Assembly: GCA_002245135.1 (NCBI GenBank)
Contig: NGBS01001190.1
Location: 51,698-71,697, forward strand
Direction: 5' to 3'
DNA from: Proteromonas lacertae
Taxonomy: Eukaryota
Length of the DNA stretch: 20,000 nucleotides
The position numbers were made by a program, and so were the translations under genes. How positions within the stretch are numbered: the first letter of the stretch is position 1; each line of letters starts with the position of its first letter. This document shows, one piece after another, positions 1-9,294 of the stretch. Under the pieces are notes generated by a model. The model was not told where the DNA came from. It was given only the letters and a program-made list of their open reading frames with translations, and ran no database searches.

Positions 1-405
1 TGTGTATATTTTGATTAGATTGATAATTTTTTTGAATTTTATTCTTTTTGGATGATAATAAAATTAATTAACTCTCATCATTCACACGTATTGAACTACA
101 AGTTAAATCTTGAAATTATCTCTCTTACTATTATATGAATATCCAATTACATCAACACATATTAAATATCATCTACATCATGTTTATATTACATTTCATT
201 ATCAATAACACTAACTAACACTAAAAAACACTATTCATCATTTATATTATCACATCATATGCAATGTACATTAATAAATCACAATTGAGTATTATTGTCT
301 TTATCACACCTTCTGCAATTGAATTAAATCACATTTTAATTTTTGGGTTATTCAAAATTTTGATAAAAATCAATTTCGTTATTTTTGTTATATATTTACA
401 TAAAG

Positions 406-2542
406 ATGATAATAAAAGTGAATAAACGCATAAGAGAAGAGGGGTATATTTATATATTTATTTTTATGATAGATTATGTCGAAAATTGGTCGAAAGTGGT
501 TTTGGTGATATAGAAGTGAAGATTGGAGATAGTCGAATAATGTCAATCAAATCAATTTTAGTGAATGGAAATGAAACAGTAAAGAAACTGTTGTTAGATG
601 GTGAGTTTGTTGGAGTTTTAGAGTTATATGAAGAAATAGAAGAAATTGGCTATTATGAGATGGAGAAATACTACAGTGGTGGTGAACTGATAATCTGTAA
701 AGAGAGTGTGTGTGAAGTGTTGATGTTTTGTTTATGTTATTGTGAAAAAGAGATAATAAATGATTGTTATGAATTTATGAAGAATAATATAGATGATGAA
801 GTATTAATGAAATTAATACATATATGTAATGTATTTCCAGGATGTTTAAGAGAGATAGAAGACTTGAAAAATATGGAAATAGAAAAGCGAGGATATAAAT
901 ATTTATATAAGAATGAATATTTGTTGAGATTAGAAATGAATAATTTGATAGAGATATTAAATATGAGAGATGTGATAATTCGAAGTGAGTTATGGTTATT
1001 AAATCGCTTATTAGAATGGTATAAATTCCAAAAGAGTAATTATGATAATAAAGAGTTAAAAGATGATTTTAAACAATTGATAGAAGAAGATATCGATTGT
1101 AGAAAAGATAAAAGAGAAAGAGATAGAAAAAGAGAATAAAGAAATGTTGAAAGAAATGAAAATAGAATTAAAGAAAAATGAATGTAAAAATCACATAGAA
1201 ATATATTTAATAAAAGATGAGAGAATTCAAAATGTAATAATCAACAAATACAATGAAGATAATAATGAAGAAGAAGTATTTAATGAGGAAGAAAAAGGAA
1301 TATTGGATAGAATGGAAAGAAGAAGAATTGAATGATGAAATATTGTGTATATTAGAAATGGATAATATAAAAATGATGGAAATAGTATTGATGATAATGA
1401 AATATAAAAATATGAAAAAGGAAGTATAAATACTAAAAATATATTTAAATAGAATATATCTCAAATACAGAAAAGAGAAATCTATTGGAAAGATTATGTA
1501 TAGAATATAATGAGAATAAAAGAAATCGAACAATGAAATGTTTGTGTTTGTTTGTTGATGATAGAAAGAGATATTTCAATAATAGAAGAAGTATGTGGAA
1601 AAGAGATTCTTTTTAGAATATTGAATGAAGATAATTATTTAAATTCCAAATCCAAAGAAATATTAATAGAATATATAAAAGAGAATAAATTGAGTTTAAA
1701 AGAAGAAGAAGAAATGATAGAAATAATGAAAGATAAAGAATTATTGAAAGAATTAAAACAAAAGAAATCACATCATTTTCATATCCTCAATCAGAATATT
1801 CATTTGAAATAAATGAAGAAATATCAATAATTCCTTCTTTTGATGGAAATCGATGTGAATTTTCAATCAATCCTTCATTAGTTGATGGTTTAATGATAGA
1901 TAAAGAAAATGGAATAATACATGGAAAAGTTGATAAAGATATAGAAAAGAGAGAATATGAAATAACCTGTAAGAATATTGTAAATGAAAAGAAATTCAAA
2001 ATATCATTAGAATTTATTGATATAAAATTCACAGAATTAAACAAAAGTGGAGGAATATCAATCTCAAATAATGGAAAAATAATAACAAATGCAAATACAA
2101 TTAATGGTTGGAATCACTGTTATTTGGATTTGAAAATGGAAAATGGAATTTATCATATCAAATATCAATTACATCAAAATGGAAGTGAAGGTGATTGTAT
2201 GATGTTAGGTTTATCAACTAATAATACATATTCTGGTGGTGATATTTATTATCAATCAACAACATGTAATTATTGGCATGGAATGGTAAAAGTCAAGATA
2301 TTACTAAAGATTGTCATATTGGAACAGTTGTTAATTCAAATCCAAATTTCAATAATTGTGGAGATGGTTCAATTTATGAAGTGATTGTTGATATGAATGA
2401 AAAAGAATTTTAGATTAGTCATAATGATTCAGATCCTGTTTTACTTGTTGAAGATTTACCTTCTCGATTATATGCATATGCTATGCCAGCTGTACAAAAC
2501 ACTTCAGTTGAATTATTATCAGTTTCTCACCAATTAAATTAG
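406..2542 (+). CDS. BTB/POZ-BACK + charged helical region + He_PIG-like (putative Ig) + C-terminal SPRY/B30.2-like protein; broken by several frameshifts (assembly error or pseudogene)
   Basis: ATG 406. The 29-nt GTAT..TAG intron 444-472 joins MIIKVNKRIREEG to ORF 486-1139 (GFGDIEVKIGD..., BTB-like; IIRSELWLLNRLLEW, BACK-like). A second 29-nt intron lies at 1424-1452. The He_PIG-like segment FSYPQSEY..FSINPSLVDGLMIDKENGIIHGK is at about 1765-1980. The SPRY-like segment GIYHIKYQL..MMLGLS..GSIYEVIVDMNEKEF..LPSRLYAY ends at TAG 2540-2542. Continuity needs 1-nt indels near 1103, 1317, 1475, 1550, 1760 and 2281, and there is an in-frame TAG at 2411-2413. Confidence 0.65.
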
Positions 2543-2894
2543 GTAACATGAACATTTGTAACATTTACGTTCTATATAATGTATTGTTGTTTATATTTAA
2601 TCTAAAACAATGAAAATATAAAAATAGCTCGAATTACTCTTTTTAAGGCTTGATTCTCATTTTTATAAAAATCAAAATAAAAAGTGATGTAGTAAGATTT
2701 ATATGTAATTGACCTTATGATAGTTATAATGAATAGTACTGATTATAATAGAGTGAATTAAAAAAGGCATTCCAACAGATAACCATTTTTGTGTATTTGA
2801 AGTATTTAATGTTATTTATCATGTTGTTGTAAATCATATTTCACATTATTTCTATTAAAACTCAATTATCCATTAATTCCAAGAATAGTTAAAT

Positions 2895-3476
2895 ATGAAA
2901 AAGAAAAAACATTCTATAAGGAATGTTCCAATAAACAGTTATTCCTTATTCACTGCAATTGGTGAAAATTTGAAATATGAATGTAAAGAAATATTACCAT
3001 CTGGATTATTATTATTAGAATCAAGTGGAGTGATAGTTGGAACAGCAAATAGAAAAATGGAGAAGAGAGAGTATGAATTTGTTGTATCAAATGAGAATGG
3101 ATCTGATTCAATAACAATATCAATAGAAATTGATTTAATGTATTGTAACAATGATAATAAATGGTCAAAATGTGAAGTGTTGAATAAATGCTATATAGAA
3201 TGTGAAGGAATAAAGAATGGAAATTATGAAAGAGAATGTGATTTAAACAAGAACAATGAAGCTGAATGGCTAGAAGAGATAAATGGTTGTAAAATTAATA
3301 CAACTGTGTTAATTGCCATTATAATACCATGTGTGTTATGTTTGATATTACTGTCATTGATAATAGTGTTTATCATTTATAGAAGAAATGCTGTTTTAAG
3401 AGTGAATGAAGATAAAAAGAAGAGTTTAGATGGAAGAATAAATGCAAATACTGATAATCATCCTGTTTTACTTTAA
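2895..3476 (+). CDS. Type I membrane/surface protein (probably N-terminally truncated or frameshifted): He_PIG-like domain + Cys-rich HRM-like module + TM helix + short tail
   Basis: LPSGLLLLESSGVIVGT..YEFVVSNENGS is a He_PIG signature. YCNNDNKW..C..C..G.YEREC..W..C resembles the hormone-receptor (HRM) Cys pattern. VLIAIIIPCVLCLILLSLIIVFIIY is hydrophobic and is followed by RR. No signal peptide; the upstream frame IPRIVKYEKEKTFY suggests a frameshifted 5' part. Confidence 0.7.
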   Translation: MKKKKHSIRNVPINSYSLFTAIGENLKYECKEILPSGLLLLESSGVIVGTANRKMEKREYEFVVSNENGSDSITISIEIDLMYCNNDNKWSKCEVLNKCYIECEGIKNGNYERECDLNKNNEAEWLEEINGCKINTTVLIAIIIPCVLCLILLSLIIVFIIYRRNAVLRVNEDKKKSLDGRINANTDNHPVLL

Positions 3477-3719
3477 ATAGAAGTATATCGTTGTTGTTAA
3501 AGAATTATTGTTGTTATTTTGGTGAGAAATAAAAGAGAAATGATACTTCAAATAGAAAGTGTTTTATAATTCTAAAATTATTGGAAATTCTTTCGAAATA
3601 TCTATTCTTTTCTTTCCACTGAGTTATATTGTTTCTAGCATAAGGAAAATCTTTCTAAGAATGATTTTAATTTGTTTTTTTCTTATAAACAAATCCAATA
3701 AAAGAAAAAAATACAACGA

Positions 3720-4652
3720 TTATGAAATTAAATGGAATAATTCATCGATTTCTTCATCTATTGTCTTTTTGTTCTTATCACTTTCATTTTTATGTTCATA
3801 AATATGGTAAGGGCATTGGGTTTCATTAGAATAAGGAGCTGTTAGAGTGTTACTACTGTATGTGAATGTGAGAGAAGAAGATATTGGATCACCTTTGGGT
3901 AATTCAATCTATTCAAACATATAATTGAATATATCTATATATATACAGTAAGTTGAATACATCCACATATAGAATTATAAGTAATTGAAGAATCTTGAAC
4001 TAAATCTACACAGTAATCTCGTTTTTCTAGAATTTTCTTTATATCAGTATAATATATATTTTCTATTGTTTTAGTAACTGGAAGAATGGTAAAGGAATGA
4101 AGATTATCTTTAAACATAATTCGAAATTTAGATATATCACTATATTTATCTGTTAAACTAACTCCTAAATCACAACCATTTATTTTACTTGTAATATCAG
4201 TAATAAAACCATTCAATATTGGTCCACTCAATACAATCCATTCTAATGAAATATGGTAAATAAAATGAAACGAATAAGTTGAATCATATTTTATTTTTAT
4301 ATTTGGTTGTGTTTTATCTACTGTACCAAATGCAGTATTCTATTATAAATATATTAGAAATGTTTATACTATTTTAATAGGTTGATAATGAATTCCAGTT
4401 ATTTCAGGTTCTTGATAATTGGCATTTAATGTTTCATTTAATCTTTTAGAGAATATATCTAAGACAGTATTAATGATTCTTTCTATATCTCTTTGATAAG
4501 CAACCTATTATTATTCAATATATATATATATATATATTAATACTTTAATGGATCTAGCTGGAGGAACAACTTCAAAATTTAAAGAGAATGTTTCATATTG
4601 TTTTGGTTTTATTACTTCAGGTGATTGATCTACTGCAATCCACTATTATTGG

Positions 4653-4691
<39 letters not shown>

Positions 4692-6139
4692 CTATAAACA
4701 ATATTTAATACATTATCAATGGCATTCCAATTTAATAATTTTGCTGTTTGTTCAAATGTGATTTGCTTTGGTATAAATGTGTGACTTCTATCTGACCATA
4801 ATAAGAATTTGTATGTTATTAAATAGTCTTTTTCTCTATTCTTATCAAGTTCAGGATTCTAATTGTTATATATATATATATATATATATATACTGTTTCT
4901 ATAGTGACTATAATATTGTTATTCTCTATTTTCAACTTATGAAGATTATCATCCATTATCAACTCGATTTCTTTATCATAATTACTGTAAATACTGTCAT
5001 TCTAATATTAATATTAATAATAATAATAAAATATACAATAAACTGAAAACCAATATGTAATCTATAAGTAATCAAACATGCCATAATGACTTTTAACTTT
5101 ACTTTATTATTGGATATATTATAACTAGCATTACTAGATAATTTCTCTTTAGTTGTTTCTAATGATGTTAATGGTAATAATGAAAAACTGCATAATCCTT
5201 TCCATATTGCAGATGAATTCTAATATGTAATAAACTACAAAATTATTTGTATACATCATTTAGATTCTCAACTACATGAGACCAAATACTTGATTTTACT
5301 TTCCCACTAATAAATGGATTGAAATAATTTGTTTGAATATCACTGGGGTTGATTGGATGTAAAACAGGACGGAATTCAATTGCATTTACTAATGGAGCTG
5401 TTGGACTTACTATTATGAAATAAATAGAGTATATATATATATGTAAAAGATACGAGTATCTGTAGAACCATTATCACTTGTATATGAAGCTATATACAAT
5501 AAATAGTAATAATTATTAATAATACCTCCCATGACCAATTCAGAATTACTCTTCCTTCTTTCACTTGTGGTTGAAGGTAATGATTGAGAAATGAATGTTT
5601 GATTATACGAACTTGATGCTTTATTCATTATTGCAGATACTCTTCTTGATCTTTGAGGTGTTAATGAAATCTCTTCTGCACTCTGTTGTTGTGAAGAAAC
5701 AACAGGAAGTGTATCAGAAGCAAGCCCAGGCTTGATTCGATTATTCCAAGCAAATTTTTGTGTAGATTCTATTGTTCATTTTAAAATATAAGTTTATACT
5801 CTCATCCATTGGATAAGGATCAAACTTCTGTTTTGGCCTTTGATTGATATAATCATAAGCTCTTGAATAAAAATGAGGACTTGCGTATGGACAATTTAAT
5901 ATCTCTTCTTTTCTTTGATTCTGATAGAATAAATTACCATTCTCATCATAAAATGAAATATCCAACCAATCGGCATATTTATAATACGGTTTTACATTCA
6001 CATCATCAGAATAACATCTATATATATATATATATATATATAGTAATACATAATAAGAGGAACTGTATATAGTGGAGGTTTATTCACTGAAACAATATCT
6101 AAACTAATAGCAAAATCAGATAATCTCTTTTGTGTATTC

Positions 6140-6198
<59 letters not shown>

Positions 6199-7648
6199 TA
6201 CTTTATAAATATGATCACTAACTTTAGACAATCCAACTCCTGCTGTTATGATCAATATACTATCACCACTGAAATTCATTGGTCCATATTTTTTTGATTC
6301 TTCAATCATTGAAATACACAAATTAACAGCGCACATTGTATTACCATCAATTGCACTTGAAGGATTCCTAGTATGTCCATCACTCTTATCTTCCCACTTA
6401 TTATCTTGAGGAAATTCATGAAATGATTTTATTATTTTCTTATATAATTCTAACCAGTCACTATTACATTCGAAATCTTTTGTTACTATTTTTATACTGT
6501 CTTGTGGAATGAATTTGTTGCTTTCTTCTTCTTCAATTGAAGATATTAAAGTTCCTATAACAATAATAATAATATATTAATAATATAATATCATATACAT
6601 ACTCGTATATAAGATGCAAGTCACTGAATGACTAGCATGTATTTTATTCCATTTTATTAACAAATCTCTAAGGAAATTATCAAGTGCTCTTTCATATAAT
6701 AAGTCTCCTGATTGGTCAAAAGACCACATCTCATGTGATAATTGTATTAATATATAAATATGACTGCTTAATGATCTATATACCATTTTTGTGTAAAAAA
6801 ATAGATAATTAAAGAAGTGATAATTCATAAATATAAACATATTTAAAATGATATTTGATTGGTTATTATTCCTGAAGATATACACTTATTACCTTTCTAT
6901 TTATATTTAATATATAACAAACTATAATACAGTTAAATTATCAAATCTACATGATAATACTTCATTAGATATAAACTGCTTATAATAAACACATTGATTT
7001 TGCATTTGTTTCTAATAATATAATATAACATATATATATATATAATATACTGCAAATGTCCAATGATCACCTCTTAATAACATTTGATGATCATATACAC
7101 ATTCCAATACATCAATACTTCCTATTTCAATGCAGTATAATTGATCTATTTTAACTGAATCATGAATCTCTATATGATGTGAGTCTAACACTGAATCAAG
7201 TATGCTGATTTGATATTTTCCCTTTAATATTATAGATGAGTTGTACTATAGATTACATAAATAATTAGTTTTATAAATATACTTGAAAATAAAGAGGTAG
7301 AGAAGATTCTCTTGTTAGTTTTGTTTCAGCTTTAGCAACAACCACAATACAATAAAATTGTCCATCAATTAACTAAAGTATCATATAAAAATAAATATAA
7401 ATACATCCTGAGAAGCATCTGGATGAATTATTACAGGATAATCACAATCTTTTGTAGTATGAAAACTTACACTATAAGCATCAAATTTCTTGGAAGATTG
7501 AGAAGATAAAGCTAGTATTCATAAAAAAACAGTGATATACGAGATGGTGTGCTTGGGGAAGGACTTGATAACAATTCAGTTCTAAATAATAATATTTTAT
7601 AATATACTTTTTCTGCCTTTTTTGCTTTAATTTTGATAAAATACTCAT
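3720..7648 (-). CDS. DEPDC5: GATOR1/SEACIT subunit DEPDC5 (Iml1/Sea1) homolog, about 1044 aa, 20 introns
   Basis: Family motifs appear in order: RGDHWTF; SGIITNQ|TKMVYRSLSSHIYILIQLSHEMWSFDQSGDLLYERAL; HSVTCILYTR; GNTMCAVNL..ILIITAGVG; LDIVSVNKPPLYTVP; WKGLCSFSLLPLT; YRLHIGFQ; LNWNAIDN; YHISLEWIVLSG. Introns: 7582-7607, 7512-7540, 7373-7404, 7246-7282, 7012-7050, 6897-6930, 6793-6854 (AT-AC), 6555-6602, 6139-6201, 6018-6049, 5769-5799, 5490-5525, 5410-5453, 5220-5254, 5002-5036, 4859-4893, 4643-4711, 4505-4543, 4340-4369, 3909-3946. Spliced length is 3135 nt, open from ATG 7648 to TAA 3722-3720. Confidence 0.93.
4867..4892. repeat. (TA)13 microsatellite in DEPDC5 intron 4859-4893
   Basis: Read directly. 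Similar TA tracts lie in introns 4505-4543, 4643-4711 and 6018-6049. Confidence 0.9.
6139..6201 (-). repeat. (ATT)19 microsatellite forming an entire intron: GTAT-(ATT)19-AG
   Basis: Plus strand has (AAT)19 at 6141-6197. The flanking exons join in frame as HIYK|NTQKRLSDF. Confidence 0.9.
6793..6854 (-). other. AT-AC (U12-type, minor spliceosome) intron in DEPDC5, 62 nt, phase 0
   Basis: Minus strand reads ATATCATTTT...TTCTTTAAT (6816-6808)...TTTTTTTAC. Removal joins ...ACC AAT CAA | ACA AAA ATG GTA TAT AGA TCA in frame. The unspliced upstream frame hits TAA. Confidence 0.85.
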
Positions 7649-8107
7649 TTCAGAAAATAGATCCGTTTCACATTTTTATTTTTTCTTAATAACTCATTCA
7701 ATGAAGCATATATGATAGTTTAACAAGGTAAATCAAAAATATCTTGTTATGATATTTTGAATATGATTAATAAATTGCACATAAAGCAATTATTCGTTTT
7801 TAAAGAGAGCTGAAAAGCTATGAACTTAATATATAATGAAAATGTTCAAAATTTACTGTCAATGATGAGTTGTGATGTATGATAGCAAGAAATGAAAAGA
7901 GTTATTTAATTTACTGCTCTTGTTGTTGTATTGTATGAATTGTTTTGACCGTGATTGTATAATGATCTTTCTTATTAATTTACAGACAAGTTGTTGTTTT
8001 GACAATCTTTTAGAGGATTTCGCTTATTCTTATATATTAACAATGCAAATAATAACAACAAATAGAATAATACATCAAGATTGTATTTTAAAAATATATA
8101 ATATTAA

Positions 8108-9127
8108 TTAATGAAAACAGAAACGTCTAATAAATCTATATAATCTAATATCTATGTCTAATGGATAGTCTATATATCCTATATCTTCTTCAGAGAATAT
8201 ATCACATTTACAGATGGGACATGTTCTATATCCATTTTCAACACACAATTCAATACATTCTTTACAGAATTTATGTCCACATGACAATATAATTGTTTCT
8301 TTAATATCATTATAATCTTCATAACAAATTGCACAGTTAAGACATTCATAATTATTGTGATTTTCTTTAATTTCATTTTGTTCTTCTAATAAAGATTCAG
8401 CTCTTTTACTTCTTATCCTAAAACAATATGTGAATAAAATACTCTATTCTTTTTTTGTTCAAATCACTAAACAAATATATTGTAAATGTAATAGCTATTC
8501 CAAATTTTATAAATACATTTAAATGATTTCTTAAATAACCTACACTCAATATATCATTTACACACTATTTATTTTTATAAATTATATAGATTATATATAT
8601 ATAATACTTCTAAAAATACTAATACTTGTTTATGAACATTATTATTCTCCATTCTACCAACTATTTCTTCAATTATGTGACAATATAACTGATTTTTGAT
8701 ATTATCGCCTACAGTAATATTTATATTGTCACTATCTACTGCTAAAGTCAATAATATCCCATTATCACCATTTTCATACCCTTCTCCCCATAAATTGAAC
8801 ATACATTTTGTTACACTTTGAATCAATTCTTCACTAGTGTTGCTATTTATTATTACAATTCCAAATTTTATATTTTTTGGGTTTGCAGAACTTATTATAA
8901 TAATTTTCTGAATTTTGTTAATCTTAGCTATTTCTCTAAAAACAATAAAATCATCTCTTATACTCTTCAATTTCTTCATGATTCAATTAATTATTTGGAT
9001 CATATATAGGGCCTCTAACAACATCTCTGCAATTACTGAAACTAGGTGGTACTATTGTACCATTTCGGACATCTTCACACAATGAAAAGGATATACACCA
9101 CAAAAAGACGAAAAGATAAGAATTCAT
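8108..9127 (-). CDS. Signal peptide + TPM (TLP18.3/Psb32/MOLO-1) domain + TM helix + C3HC4 RING finger; one in-frame TAA near the 5' end
   Basis: ATG 9127 starts MNSYLFVFLWCISFSLC (signal peptide-like). TPM motif MFNLWGEGYENGDNGILLTLAVDSDNINITVG. TM VFIKFGIAITFTIYLF. RING CAICYED..LSCGHKFCKEC..TCPIC. Introns 8936-8963, 8565-8607, 8418-8442. In-frame TAA at 8989-8987. Terminal TAA 8110-8108; the 3' end is less certain. Confidence 0.8.
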
Positions 9128-9294
9128 TAAGAAAAATGTGAAACAAAATAATACACAATAATACAAGCTAATACATCCTCTGTGTATAATACAGATTTTG
9201 TGTTATATGCGATGGTTATGATAAAAATATTAATAAATTACATCCGACCACCATAGAAACATTATTATAACTTCGTAAAATAAATATATAACCA

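Noticed and set aside
300..370. Sm-site-like AATTTTTGG followed by a weak hairpin (possible snRNA)
   Set aside because: No recognisable U1/U2/U4/U5/U11/U12 core motif upstream; expected by chance at this AT content.
1424..1452. Apparent in-frame TAA at 1427-1429 in gene 1
   Set aside because: It lies inside a 29-nt GTAT..TAG intron.
1539..1557. TGTTTGTT Blastocystis-type poly(A) motif
   Set aside because: It reads as coding sequence (MKCLCL-LLMIE) inside gene 1. The copy at 4745-4752 is antisense to a DEPDC5 exon.
6139..6336. Poly-tyrosine protein in the ORF track
   Set aside because: It is read-through into the (ATT)19 intron of DEPDC5.
7862..7868. Box C-like ATGATGA (C/D snoRNA)
   Set aside because: No box D CTGA or terminal stem at a suitable distance downstream.
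2411..8989. Alternative genetic code (TAA/TAG = Gln)
   Set aside because: Only two isolated internal stops exist. Long genes contain none, use CAA for Gln and terminate at TAA.
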